Assembly (NCBI GenBank): GCA_024679065.1
Contig: JAGIQG010000009.1
Location: forward strand, 81,096,001-81,160,000
Reading direction: 5' to 3'
Length of the DNA stretch: 64,000 bases
Source of the DNA: Sphyrna mokarran
Lineage: Eukaryota
Shown here: piece after piece, positions 21,061 through 35,278 of the stretch
How the letters are laid out: every line of letters starts with the position of its first letter
How positions within the stretch are numbered: the stretch's first letter is position 1
Notes under the pieces: generated by a model
What the model saw: the letters and a program-made list of their open reading frames with translations, nothing else
The model's database searches: none
What the model was told of the DNA's origin: nothing
Position numbers and translations under genes: made by a program

Positions 21061-23837
21061 TCATTCTCTTTGTTCCTCTGTATTCTCATCTCACTCTGCC
21101 CTAGAAGTGGCACCATCCTCCTGGGATCCACTCTGTCAGTCCCCTCACAATCTGATATAGTTCAATAAGATCATCTTTCATTCTTCTAAACTCCAATGGA
21201 TTCAGGCCCAACTTTTCCAACTTTTCTTCCAATGGTAACCCCTCAACTCAGAAATGTGTCGATTGAATCTTCTCTGAACTTCTAACACAATGATATCCTT
21301 TTCCAAGTAAAGACACCAAAATTGTACTCAGAATTCCAGATGTGGTCTCACTGCTGCAGTAAAACTTCCCTATTTTTATATTCCATTCTCCTTGTAATAA
21401 ACACCAACATTCCATTTGTTTTCCTAATCACTTGCTGTAGCTGCAGACTAACTTGTTGTGATTCATTGTCCCAGGACAGCCAGATCCCTCTGTAGCATTG
21501 AGTTGTGCAATCTCTCTCCATTTCAATAGTTTACTGCTTTTCTATTCTTCCCATCAAAATGGACACCTTCACATTTACACAGGTTGAAATCCACATGTTT
21601 AGCCATTCATTTCTCCTGCCTCTATCCTTTATAGATTCTCTACCTCATCTTGATAACTTACTTTTCCCACCTATCTCAGTGTCATTGGAACATTAGTTCA
21701 AGTCATTCCCTTCATCCAAGTCATTGATTTGGATTGTGAATAGTTGTGGTCCCAGTACTGATTAATCCAGAATTCCACTAATCACAGCTTCCCAACCCCA
21801 AATCAATCATTTATCTTCTCTCTCTCATTTTTGTGAGCAAACCAATCCTCTATCCATGCTAATCTGTTACCTACACACCATCATATCTTGTGTAGTAACA
21901 TTTGATGTGATAATTTATCAAATACCTTTTCGAATCCCCTGTCACAGCTACAAGTTCCCCTTTATCCATTTTGTGACCTCCGCAAAAGTGGACAATGACA
22001 TTTGTATAACAGAAAGAAACTGCTCCACATTGACCATGATGTCCATGTCCCACTGGAGCCTCCAGTAGGGACCAGTAAACATGGGCCTCCTTCCCACTGG
22101 AGCCTCCAATAGGGATCATAGAGCTTTACAGCATGGAAAGAGGTCCCTTGGCCCAACCTATCCATGTTGGTTTTTTTTAAAACTGCTAAAGTAATTCCAT
22201 TGCCCACTTTTGGTCTATATCCCTCTATACCCATCTTACCCATGTAGCTGTCTAAATCCTTTTTAAAAGATAAAATTGTACCTGCCTCTACTACTACTTC
22301 TGGCAGCTTGTTCATTCACCACCTCTGTATGAAAAATTTGCCCTTTTTTATTTCTCCCCTCTCACCTTAAACCTATGTCCTCTAGTTTTAGACTCCCCTA
22401 CCTTTGGGAAATGATATTGACTGTCTACCTTGCATATGCCCCTCATTATTTTATAGAGCTCGATAAGGTCACCCCCTCAGCCTCCTGTGCTCCGGAGAAA
22501 AAGGTCCCATACTATTTAGCTCTCCTTATAATCATAATATAATCTTCTGCCTCTGCTGTCATCCCCATCGCTGCTTCCTTCATCCCACCATTGACAGCAG
22601 AGTCTTCAAATGCTCAGGCCCTGCTCTCTGCACTCCTACCCTTAATCCCTCCCCTCTCCAAGTCTTTTCCTCCATCAGTTCACCAAGCCTCTGATCTCTC
22701 TTCCTAATGTGCCCCGTGCCCTTCCCCCATTCCTCTTACTGCTGCTCTTGGAAAAATCTTTGAATGATTCATACAGTAAGGTGCTATATAAATTCAGGTT
22801 TTATGTGGATTTTGATTGGGAACAGAATTGCACACGGTATTGAAGGCTTCTGCAGTCAAATATCCTGCGGGCAGAATCCAGGTTTCAACACAGAATGAGA
22901 CATTATATAAAGTAGGTATTATTAAAATTGTATTCATTGACGGGATGTGGGTATCATTGGCTATACCAGCATTTATTACCCATCCCTAATTGTCCTTGAG
23001 AAGGTGGTGATAAGCTGTCTTCTTGAACTGTTGCAGTCTATGAGATGTAATACACCCATAGTGCTGCCAGGGAGGCAGTTCCAGGATTTTGACCCAGCAA
23101 CAGTGAAGGAATGGAGATGTACTTCCAAGTCAGACTGGGGTGCGGCTTCAAGAGAAACCTCTTAGTGCTGTTGATCCCAGGGATCTGCTGCTTTTGTCTT
23201 TCCAAATGGCAGTGCTCATGTGTTTGGAAGATGCTGCCTCTGAAACCTTGGTGAATTTATACAGGATACCTTATAGATGGTACATACTCTGTCATTGCCT
23301 GACAGTGATGGAGGAATTTAACATTTGTGAATGTGGCGTTAATCAAGAGCGGCTACTTTGTCCCGGGTGGCATTCAGCTTTTTGAGTGTTGCTGGGGACT
23401 CTATGTATCCAGACAAGTGGAGAGTATTCAATCACACTCTGGACTTGCGCCTTGTAGATAGTGGACAGAATTTGGGGAGTCAGGATGTGAGTTACTCACT
23501 GTAGTATTCCTAACCATTGGTCTACACTTGTATTTATAGGCTGGTCCAGTTCAGTTTCTGGTCAATCACTGTCAATAGGATTTTACTGTGGGGGATTCAG
23601 CGATGGTAATGACATTGAATGTCAAGGGGTGATGTTAAAATTCTCTCTTGTTGGGGATGGTGATTCCGTGGTACTGATGTGGCATGAATGTTACTGCTTC
23701 AATATCTGAGGAGTTGTGAATGGTGCTGAGCATTGTGCAATCATCAGTGAACATCCCCACTTCTGAAGGTCATTACTGAAGCAGCTGAAGATGGTTGTGT
23801 CTCAGACACGACCCTGAGGATCTCCTGCAGTGATGTC

Positions 23838-24013
23838 CCAGGATAACTCCCTCCTGACTGTATCCCACTGTGCCTTCTGTGCTGGGAGATTGGAGGTAGT
23901 GAACACGGTTCACCATTTTCTCCCGTCTCAGTAACAAACATCCAGCTGCTCTGAGCTCCTTCTTTCACTTCCTCTGTCGGTTACGTTTCAATCTTCCGAT
24001 CTGACAGTCTTTG
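23838..24013 (-). promoter_or_regulatory. Inverted duplicate of the EICE module upstream of V (second copy ~48733-48908)
   Basis: Reverse complement matches 6105-6160 joined to 6609-6724; EICE at 23963-23972 and 48858-48867. Confidence 0.55.
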
Positions 24014-27000
24014 CAGTTATTTTTGACACTGGGGATTTGTGCTGTGGTCTGAATCTCTAACAATAACTGTCCAATCAGTGAAAAGAACAACAGCTCAGAG
24101 CAGTCAGGACTGAGGAGCCAGGCTCACTGGGAAACACATTGGGAAGATCAAAGCCATGGTCTTCAGCTCCCGATACAAACTCCATCCCTTCCCCTGAGCA
24201 CTGTCTGCTGCTCAACCACACTCTCTACAACATTGGAATCAGATTTGACCCTGATCTGCTCCGCCACCCTCCTCCCCCTGCCCCTCCCCTGCCACAAATC
24301 CTCCACATCGTAAGTCTGCTCACTCTTTCCTTGGTTCAAAGTTTGTTTTTTTTCACACTCTCCATCTGGCATTGCCTTTAGACCCCATCACAAACTCTGT
24401 TCCCTCAACACTAATTCCATTTCCCCCCTTGGAGCGTCTGACACCGAACCACACACAATAATACCATGGGAAAGAAACAGATTTTATATTCCATATTGAC
24501 TTTCCCATTACTGTCATAGCTCTGATCGTCTGTGCTACAAAGATCATCTTTGCTGTTTAACAACAGACCTGTTGTATGGTGATTCTCCTCAAGGACACCA
24601 TGGCTAAATTCCATTCCCTGTCTTCCTGACCAGTTCTTTTTTTCAGTTTAATTTCCACTCTGCAACCATAATCTACCATTAAATTAGAGGCGAATATTGT
24701 TGCTGAAATATTGTCCTTACAACAGCTTAAAGGTCTGTGCACCATGACTTCTAATAGGAGGAGCATTCTTTTAAATGTAGATATCTGATAAAAATCTCTA
24801 ATTCCTTCTCTTTATAGACCTTCTCTCCTGGTTGTTGGAATGGGCACAATTAACTGTTAACATTGCTGACCATCTTGGACAACACCATGTATAGAAGAGT
24901 CCTTTAGATCGGCCTTTCTTATTCCTGCCACTCAGTTCCCACCATCATCCCACCTGGGTATCGAATCACTAAATGTAATAACTTGTCTGATTACTTAAAA
25001 AGCCCCATATTCAGATTGTTAATGGCATAGAAAGAGGTAACATTGCAATAACAGTTGATAATTACAAAGAAAATGAGTACAACTGTGGGCAATTGATTTC
25101 ACTGTCAGTAAATATGAGGTGACCTTGGACAGGATAGAACTGAGCACGATCTAAATGGTGGAACGCTAGAAACAGTGGCAGACAACTCACCAAAGTTTCT
25201 TCGACAGCACCTTCCAAACCCCTGACCTCTGCCACTAAGAAAGGCAAGGAGAAAAACAAAAACTCCTCAAGAGATTTGGAGTCTCAATCTCATAACTTGT
25301 TGACTTTAAGTCATTTCCATAAATTATTATTATTTAAAGTTTTTGAATTGCTTTTCAGTAAGATTCCTTGACAAAATCAAAACTCATCTTAAAAGGAGAT
25401 AGGAAGAGAATATAGGAAATAATCTATCCGACTCTGATTATTTAATTAATTAAGATAATTATTCATTTTATCTTTAATTTGGAGAAACAGTGGAAAATAA
25501 AACCCAGTAAGAATTGATTAACAATTTAGTTGTTGAAATTGTACACAATTATTCCAATACCTTCATGGCAAACCTCCCAATTTACAGCCTCAGTAAACTT
25601 GACTCAGTCAAAACTTTATGACTGTATTTCAACCCTCAGCTAATTCTCTTCACCCATTATCCTCCCTTCTTGCTGACTTCCATTGCCCAGAAAGACCCTG
25701 TTCGAAAGTTTTCCCTTTTGGATCTCCAACTTGGATCAGTGCTGTGAGAGTTTGCACATTCTCCCTGTACTTGCAGGTTTTGTCTGGGTCTCCAGTTTCC
25801 TCCCAAGTCTCAAAAACATGCTTTTAGGTTGATTGGTGTGAACAAATTGTCCCTAAATTAGACCTCCCTTAATCTCTAATTTTCTAAATTTGCATGCCTT
25901 TATTGTGGAGTCCAAGAGGCGTAGACAAAAGTTATAGGTAGAAGAAGGATTGGAATGAGGCACTCACTGAGTGTTAAAATGGGTGGTGCAGGCTTCTAGG
26001 GCCAAAGAGCCTGTTTCCTGTGCTGTGTTGTTCTTTGTTCTTTGTTCACACAGTCCACAGCCATGGTGGACTGTAAAAAAAATCCAGCGCCTAAGGGTCT
26101 GTCACTAAAAATAAGTTAAAAGACATCCAACAATATTCAGCACTTATGATCTTTGACTTACTTCTTAAAAAAAGAGCAGACATCACTGCAAATAGTTTCA
26201 TGTTTAGTATCTATGTCCACAGCCATGGTGTCCTATTTGACCCTGAGATGATTTTCCCACCACTTCATCCACTCCATCACTAAGAACACCTATTTCCACC
26301 TCGGTAACATCTCTCGAGTCCCCCCTGCCTCACATCATCTTCCACTGAAAATCTCATCCGTGTCTTTGTTCCCTCTGAACGTTACTATTCCAATGCTGTC
26401 CTGGTCGACCTCACACCTACCACCCTCTGTAATCATTAGCTCATTCAGAACTCTGCTGCTTGGATCTGAACTCGCACCAAATCCCGTTCACCCGTCACCC
26501 CCTGTTTTCACTGACCTACACTGACCCCCGGTCCAGCGATGCCCTGATTTTAACAATCCTATCCTGCCTCTCAAATCCCTCCTCTCCTGCACCCTCCCTA
26601 TCTCTGTAACCTCCTCCAAGCTGTCTAATTTAGTGTGCTCAGTAATCTTGGATATGTGACTCTCTATTCCTTCGTCCAAGTCATTGACAAATATAGTGAA
26701 AAACTGAGGCTTCAGCACAGATCCCTGGAGACATCACTATTCACAGCTTGCTGACTGGAAAATACACACAGTATCCCTACTCTCTGTCTCCTATCTCCGA
26801 ACCAATTCCTTATCAATGGCAAAGGCTTTCCTCAAATTCCAAACACTTCCATTTTTATTCACAGCCTCTCATGTGGCACCTTCCCAAATGTCTTTTAGAA
26901 ATGCATGGAAATAATATCCAGAGATATTCCCTTATCGAGCACATTAGTGACTGATTAACAAATGTAAGCAGCTTAGTTGAACATGTCTGAATCTTTTAAA

Positions 27001-29084
27001 ATTTGTGTTGACTCTTTCTGATCAGTTCATGTTTCTCACTCGTTTTGTCTCTTATAAAACATTCCAGTCATTTTCCAAAAACACACATTAAACTGAATGA
27101 CTCTAGTAAAATAGCTAGTACAGATATGAGGGGTTGAATGGTGTCCTCCTGTGCTGTAGATCTATCTGACTCCTTGACTGAAACATCTGGATTGGAACAG
27201 GAGATGGTTTGGAGGTTAAAGAATGAGTTGAAGGTAGACAGAGTGTTATGAGTGGGTCATGTCCATTGTACACTTTGTTCATTATTGTCTCGAAAAGATG
27301 GGGTCAAATTTCCTGAAAAACTAAGTGCCCATTGCGGCTGGAAAACAGGACATTTTCCCACCATTTTCTGGGCATATTTACTCAGTTGAAACGCCGGCAC
27401 TCGGTGTTTCAAAAAATCTGCCAGGGATTTACACCAGTGGATGGGGTTAATCCCACCCGCGAGGCCTGGATCAACACTCCCTCATCCCTGCCTTGCGATA
27501 TCTTCCCCAATCTAATTCCCCACTCCCCTAATCACAGGCCTTGACACCACCCCACCCCATCTCACTTTCCCGAATCAACTGGCCTCCCAAACTCCCCCCT
27601 GAATCACCGGCCCCGACTCCCCACCCTCTTTGCCCAGTTGCCAGCCCCTGATGCCTTCCATAACTCTCCCTCCAATCACTGATACTGACTTCCACCCCTA
27701 CTCCCCTTCCCCAACCGAATGCCTTCCCAATGGCTCCCACCCCCTCATCCCCACAATTGTCGGTCCCCTCCCCGATCGCCGGCTTCCCATTGGCTTCCCC
27801 AATTAGAAGGTTCCTGCTGAGCTCAGCAACAATTCTGCAACCCCCCCACCCCCACCCACCACCCTGAGCTTTTAAACAAACATCAGCGATGGAATTGTGG
27901 AGAGACACAGAAAGAAACTTTAGTAAAAGCCAAACTAGCTTTACCGTCATCGTCATTGCTTGTGCACTTTGACCCAAAGCAAACCATTCGGAATCATTTG
28001 TGGCCTCGCCGTACTTTGTGGGGGATGAACACACAGTAGATGGACAGTTGGGAGTGAGGTTCAGTCAGATATAGAAGGAAAAGTCGGTGAATCCAGCAGG
28101 CAGAGAAGACTTGGGCTTGATAAGGCACATGGGAGGATTGGAAGGCTAAACAGCATCTATTTTAATACAAGGAGCCTGTCTGGTCAGGCAGATGAACTTA
28201 GAGAGTTGATCAGCACGGGGAAATATGAGATTGTTGCAATCACTGAGACATGGTTGAAAAAAGGACAGGACTGGAATCTCGACATTCCAGGATATAGAAG
28301 TTCCAGGCATGACTGGAGCAGATATAGGAGAGGATGTAAGAGATTAAAGAGACTGCAATAATGAGGAACAATGTCTTGGAATGCTCTCTTCAAATGAGGG
28401 CATATGGGTGGAGCTGAGGAATATAAAGAGTGATCCCTACACTGGGATTATATTACAGGCGTCTCAACACTCAGAAGGAAATAGAAGAGCAGATATGTAG
28501 GCAAGTCAGAGACGTGTGAGAGGAATAGGTCTATAGTATTCCGGGATTTTAACCTCACCAATATTAACTGGAATCACCTTTGAGTGAAAAGGGTGGCACG
28601 GTGGTACAGTGTCTAGCACTGCTGCTTCACAGCACCAGGGACCCAGGGTCAATTCTGGCATTGGGTGATTGTATGGAGTTTGCATGTTCTCCCCATGTTT
28701 CAGTGGGTTTCCTCCTGATGCTCTGCTTTCCTCCTACAGTTCAACATGTGCAGGTTAGATTGATTGGCCATGCTAAATTACTCCTGATTATCAGAGGGAC
28801 TAACAGGGTAAGTATATGGGGTCATAGAGATAAGGCCTGGGTGGAATTGTTGTTGGGGTAGGATTGATGGACTGAATGGTCTAGTTCTGCACGTACGGAT
28901 TTTATGATTCTATTATTAGGCAGGATGGAATTTGTAAAGTGATTCTAGGAGAGCTTTTTTACATGGATAATCTGATTCAGGACGAGCCAGGGCTTGATCT
29001 AATCCTCAGGAATGGGAAGCCGGGCAAGTTGTTGAAGTGTCAGTGGGTGAACATTTTGGGGATGGGGATGGTGGACAGAGCAAT

Positions 29085-29870
29085 GAAACCTGGAATTTAA
29101 TCCTGATAAGTGTGAGATGATGCATTTGGGAGATTTAATAAGGATAGGATTTACACAATGAACGGTTGGTACTGAGGGAGTATTGAGGAGAAAAGGGATC
29201 TTGGTATAAAGTCCATGGATCTCTGAAGGTGGCAGCACAGGGAGATAGTGTGGTGAAGAAGGCAATCGGAATGCTTGCCTTCATTACCTGGGGGGATTTC
29301 GAATATGGGAGGGAGAAGGATTTGGTGCAACTTTATAAAACATTGGTTAGGCCGTGGGTGAAATGTGCGCAGTTTTGGCCACCACACTATCGGAAGGATG
29401 TGATTGCACTGGTGAGGGTGCAGAGGAGAATCACCAGGATGTTGTCTGGGATGGAAACTTTCAGCTGTGAGGAGAGACTGGATAGACTGGGATTGTTTTC
29501 CCTGGAGCAGAGGGAGGATCTTATAGAGGTTTACAAAATTATGAGATGTATAGATAGGATAGGTTGTAAGAGACTTTTCCCCATGGCACAGATGTCTAAG
29601 AGGAGAGGGCATAGGTTTAAGGTGAGGAGGAAGTGGTTTAGAGGGGATCTGAGAAAGAATTTTTCACTGAGAAAGTGGTGAAAATGTAGAACGCTGTGCC
29701 TGAGAGAGTGGTAGAGGCAGGAACTGTCGCTACATTTAAGAAGCATCTGGACAGCACTTCAATCGCCATGGACCAAGTACTGGGAAAAGCAATCAGTATA
29801 GATTGGTATTGGGTAGTCAGCATACACAAGTTGGGCCGAAGGGCCTGTTTCTGTACTGTGTAACTCTCTG
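29085..29870 (+). mobile_element. Decayed CR1 3' fragment
   Basis: LYKTLVRP..QFWPPHYRKD; CR1-type 3' UTR. Confidence 0.8.
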
Positions 29871-29884
29871 ACGCTATATGGAGT

Positions 29885-31099
29885 TGGAGCAATTCTATCC
29901 CATAGAATGGCTGTTGGGACAGAAAGTCCTAATTCATTTGCTTTCAGGACTTTGTTAGATGTTGAGAAAATCTCCTCACAAATTGACATAGAAAGCCTAG
30001 CAGTTATCCACACAATGAAAAATTTCACCAATATGTCTCTCGTTTCTTTCTCTATGAATGATATGTTTTGTCTGTATAGCACGCAAGAAACAATGTTTTT
30101 CACTGTAAGTTAATACATGTGACAATAATAAATCAAATCAAATCACCAGCGAACATGCTCCCTTGGGAATGTTGGGCTGTCTGTGGTAACAGCTTCATGT
30201 CGGTTTTCTGGAAAATTTTTGGGACAGATGTTCCTGCTGTTAGTTGATGCCCATTCTGAGTGACTGGACAATCAGCTCATGAGACCCATCACAGTCTCCA
30301 TTTACCATCGATAAACTGAGACAGATCTTTGTGATCCATGGTCTTCCTGAAGTGTTGCTATCAGACAACGGAGCAGCATTCACACTGATGAATCTCATAC
30401 TTTGGTCAAGTCTAATGACATTTGTCATGTCAGACCAGCCCCCGACCATCCTGCCTCGAATGGGTTGGTGGAGTGAGCCATGCTGATGTTCATGGCTCCA
30501 CGTGAAACAGGTTCATGGACCGCTGCCATTGCGATTGGCCAGTTATTTGCTGTCCTACAACACTACACCTCACACCATCACTGGGGTCATGTCGGAGTCA
30601 CACCCGCAGAGTTGTTAATGGGTCGATACCTGATTTATTGTTCCCAAATTTGTCGGGAAGGATGGAGGCTCAGCGAGCCTCTCAGAAAGGGTATCGTGAC
30701 TCTCTGAAAGGGGACAGAATGTTTAATGATGGCAACCTCATGTTGTGAGAGTAATATTGTTGTTTCTCTACCTGTGTGTTAACTGTTGTACTTTTTGTTT
30801 GATCACAGGGAGTCCAAGATGTTCCAGGGGAAGGAGTGTGTGAGCCTGGCCCCTTTAAGGGGCAATCCTTCACAGGCCACATGACCAGACCGGAGCCAAT
30901 GGACTGTGAGGATGTGAACCTGGGCCAATCGGGAGTGAGGGTGATCATTCCTGGGACTGGAGGCTTCAGTTGGAGGCAGGATGTTGTTGGTAATCGACCT
31001 GTCTGCTTGTGTTGTTAAACCCTTCATTAGAAATACTTCTTCTCATCAATAAAGCCTTTCGTGAGTTATTTCCAAATCCAGTCTCCAGCACTTATTACA
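29885..31099 (+). mobile_element. Internally deleted copy of the same Gypsy relic
   Basis: Matches 400-545, 1150-1735 and 2148-2494. Confidence 0.75.
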
Positions 31100-34000
31100 A
31101 TCAGCATCTCTACCACTTTGGATAGCAACAGTCTCTGATAACATCAAATACACACACTAACTATTCAACTCCAACAGTTTCACCAGCTGCTGTCACCCTC
31201 CCTACTTCCCTCCATTTATTCTGCATTCTCACCATCTCCCCTCCATTTCTCACTGAATCCTCCACTTTCCTGCTCTTTCCTGTGTCCAGGTTCACCTGCC
31301 CCCTTCCCCTTGGGATTGTTCCATTGCTTTGTTCCAGAAACTTTCTGGTTGTGGTCAGGCTTCTCTCCACTGCAACCTGAGACATTCGGTCTGGGCTCGT
31401 GTCGATGTTTAACATTCTGTCCCACCTTGGACTGAATACATAACCAGTGAGGGTCCGACCCACACGATGAGAGTTTGTCACTGTAAAGGAGTCAGGGATC
31501 CCGAATGCTGCCATATAACCTGTGTGTGATAATTATTCATTGGATTTAGCTCAGAGTTACATAATATTGGATGTTGTTTTGGAACAAAGGGAAATCTCAA
31601 TGTTCAGGAAACAGAAGTGATTGAGAAGAAAGGGGGAGCTTCATGTAATAGTGTGTGTGTCTAGCCCTGAGTTCATGCATATAGATAAATGCATTGTCGT
31701 GTATTATAGAGTTTGTGTGTTTTGTTTTGTTTTTACATGAATGAATATTCTGTATTAATTGTTCACACAAAGACTGGACTATTTCTCCCTGGTTCACACA
31801 CTTTTCTCACAGGATACTAAAGTGAAAATCTACAGCACTAAGAACCAGTGTTCCATGTTCCCATTCTGAGCTTTGAGATCCTTTCACATTTAACATCAGT
31901 GTGGGTCTTAACACCTCAAACAACATTCTATTCTCTCAAAAGTAACTCTGGAAATTGTTGCTGATGATTTTAAAATGATTCCAGATCCGAATAGTTTTGT
32001 TGTTGAGCTGCCTTCTTTAATCCCTGCTACAAATTGCATCCATTAAACTTTTGGATTTATATTTTAGGAAGAGACATTTGGATTTGTGTCAATAGTTGTC
32101 AAATCTTCTACAATAAATACGGATCTGATCCCGGAATTATCTGTACAGTGAGTCCATCCGCTTCTTCCCGGCTTCAATCCGATCCGTGCTGTGGGCGGGG
32201 CTTAGCACTGCCGGAAGGATCCGAGCTCTGAACTGCACATGCGCAGTTTGAAAAAAACCTGAAACAGCGCGTCCGGGATCGAAAAATAGCAGAGGGGGCG
32301 GGGGGGGGATGGACTTGGGAGAATCTTGCAAACTGAAAATAATGTAGCATCTTCTTTGTGCTGCCTAATTATCTCTGGGAAAGGTAATTAAAGTACAGTG
32401 TCCTAGTGAGCAATTAGTGAGCTGTTTGTCCCTGTAACCATGAGCCAGGTGCTCAAATGTTTAGTCATGTGGTGAACTTGGAAGAATTGTCCCCGTGGGG
32501 GAACTTGGTTGGAAATAAGATTCAAGGAGATTATTAAATCTGGGAAATCAACCACAGTGAAAAGAAGTTTGTATTGGCGACTCTTCTCTCACATTCCATG
32601 GCAGATGTGTCCCTCCTTATGAATGTGATTTGCACGGACAACGTTGGGTGCAGCTAATCTGCCTCTGGAGCAGCCTTGGATCCTTTCGTTCTTCTTTTCA
32701 TCTGAACATTGCACAGAATTAGAGGAATTCCCTTTGGAAAATAATGTCAAAATTATAATGGCAGGAACTAAAAACCCAACAGTCAAAAATTTGGGAAAAT
32801 ATTTCAAAATATGGATGGGGGATAGATATTTTGAAATATTTCCCCAAAGACTGTCAGATTGGAAGATTGAAACGTAACCAACAGAGGAAGTGAAAGAAGC
32901 AGCCGAATATTTGTTACTGAGATGGGAACAATTATCTGAACAACATTAAACTTTCAGACTCAAAACAAATAAAAACACAAGCAGTGGAGGGGGTGGGAGG
33001 AATCTTGGAGACTGACACCGACAGGAACAATCTAAACAGCTGAAACTCCCATTTCCTCAGTCCCTGCCCGTCACTGCTCAGGAACTCCCCGAGGGGAACC
33101 CTCTCGCTCTGTCTCTCTCTCTCTCACTCTCTCTCTGCTTCTGTCTTTCTCTCCTCTCTCTCACTCTCCCTCCTGGATGAAAGCTTTAAGAATTGCAGCA
33201 AATTAATTCATTTCCATCTTTCTAATTATTTGAAAAATTCACTGAGTGACAGTTTGAGTCCCCAATCTAAATTTTTCCCTCTCACTCACGACACCTGAGA
33301 CCAGGAAACGGTCAATACCGTTTTACTGTACCAGTTCGATTTGCTGGATGTTTGTTACTGAGACGAGAGAAAATGATGAACCGTGTTCACTACCTCCAAT
33401 CTCCCAGCACAGAAGGCACAGTGGGATACAGTCAGGAGGGAGTTATCCTGGGAATCCTCAGCAACATTCCAGACTCCATGTAGTCTCTCGGTATCATGTC
33501 AAACACAGACAAGGAAACCTCCTCTGGTTACCACATTCCGCCCCCCCACCCCTCAGCTGATGAACCAGTTCTCCTCCATGTTGAACACCACTTGGAGGAA
33601 GCACTGAGGGTGGGAAGGACACAGAATGTACTCTGGGTGGGGAATTCAATGTCCATCACCAAGAGTGACTCCTTGAGGTTCACCAGGATATTGCCTGGTA
33701 TGGAGGATCTTAGCTATGAAGAGAGATTGGGTAAAGTGGGGTTGTTCTCCCTGGAAAGATGGAGAATGAGAGGAGATCTAATAGAGATGTACAAAATTAT
33801 GAAGGGTATAGGTAAGGTGAACAGTGGGAAGCTTTTTCCAAAGTCAGAGGTGACGATCTGGATGGGTCACAGGCTGAAGGAGAGAGAAACGAGGTATAAC
33901 TCAGATATCAGAAGGACGTTTTTAACACAGAGGGTGGTGGGGCCTGGAATGCACTAACAAATAGAGCGGTGGAAGCGGACACGCTGGGATTGTTTAAGAC

Positions 34001-34355
34001 TTACCTGGATAGTCACATGAGCAGACTAGAAATGGAGGGAGACAAACAACCGGACTAGTTGGACCAATGAGAGCACAGGCCTGGAGGGCTGAAGGGCCTG
34101 TTTCCTATGCAATGTTTTTTTTTGTTCTTTGTATTTGAAACTATGGGAGTAGTGAAACTGTGTGAGAGGGGAAGGTCAAGGGGGAGGCGGGGAATGTGAG
34201 ATGGAGAATTGTGATTGTGATGGTTTAATCCCAGTAACTTTCAGTTTCTTTTCTGTTTTCAATCTTGTCACTGAAGAGATTCCAGATCAAACTGATCATT
34301 TTCAAATGGTTGATCATTGGATTTGAATCCAATCTTCTGCTGATGTGTCGTTGAT

Positions 34356-34671
34356 GATGATGTGGAGATGTCGGTGTTGGACTGGGGTAAACACAGTAAG
34401 AAGTCTCACACCACCAGGTTAAAGTCCAACAGGTTTATTTAGCAGCACAAACCACTCGCTTTCGGAGCACTGACCCTTCATCAGGTGAGTGGGAATTCTG
34501 TTCACAAACAGGGCATTTAAAGACAAAATTGAGAATTGAGCTTCTATCTTTATATGCCCTGTTTGTGAACAGAACTCCCTCTCACCTGATGAAGGGTCAG
34601 CACTCCGAAAGCGAGTGGTTTGTGCTACTAAATAAACCTGTTGGACTTTAACCTGGTGTCAGACTGCTTAC
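34356..34671. mobile_element. Penelope-derived palindrome, unit 2
   Basis: Homologous to 7625-7940. Confidence 0.8.
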
Positions 34672-34893
34672 TGTGTCATTGATTGACAGTCCAAGCAACC
34701 AATCAGGACAATCACTTGGTGAAATGCAGCCAATCAGCTGATGGGGAGGTGGGACATTTCCAAAGCACTCACCAGACATATACTGAATATTCTTCATGTT
34801 TATTACCTTTTACACATTGACAGTGACAGAAAAAAAACTTGAATAAAAAGCCCAGACAGAGGAAGCTGGAGTAATTCACAGGGAGAATGGAGG

Positions 34894-34899
34894 TTTATT
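34894..34899 (-). terminator. Polyadenylation signal of kappa C2
   Basis: AATAAA at the homologous position. Confidence 0.7.
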
Positions 34900-35278
34900 A
34901 AAACACTTGTGGAGATTTTCTCAATAACATGAGAATCTTGTCCCTTTAAACAGTGACTAAATCTTCAATTGTAACTGCAGGGTGAGCAGGAAGGAGGTCT
35001 GGTTTACTGAAGCAGATACTTCAGAGGGTCACATTATTTTTGTACAGCTGACAGTCTTCAGCACTCCCAATAAAGGAACAGCACGGGGTTAATAGAGAGT
35101 AAAGCTCCCTCTACAATATCCCAACAATGTTCTTTAACTCCTGACCCTCAGAAGTGTTTCAGACCCAGTCCCAGGAAGGAAAAGAATTGTAATTCAATGC
35201 TGACAGTGACCTTTACCCTCCCAGCTCACCCCTGTTCTATTCCAAGTTGTGTCTCCTCTGTGGACTGTCTCTAACACT

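Noticed and set aside
25888-25895. Canonical octamer ATTTGCAT
   Set aside because: Inside a unit-1-specific insertion 6.4 kb from the leader; not present in cluster 2.
27295-27890. C-rich element, possibly a non-autonomous DNA transposon (also ~52490-53085)
   Set aside because: Could not define terminal inverted repeats or a TSD, so it is left uncalled.
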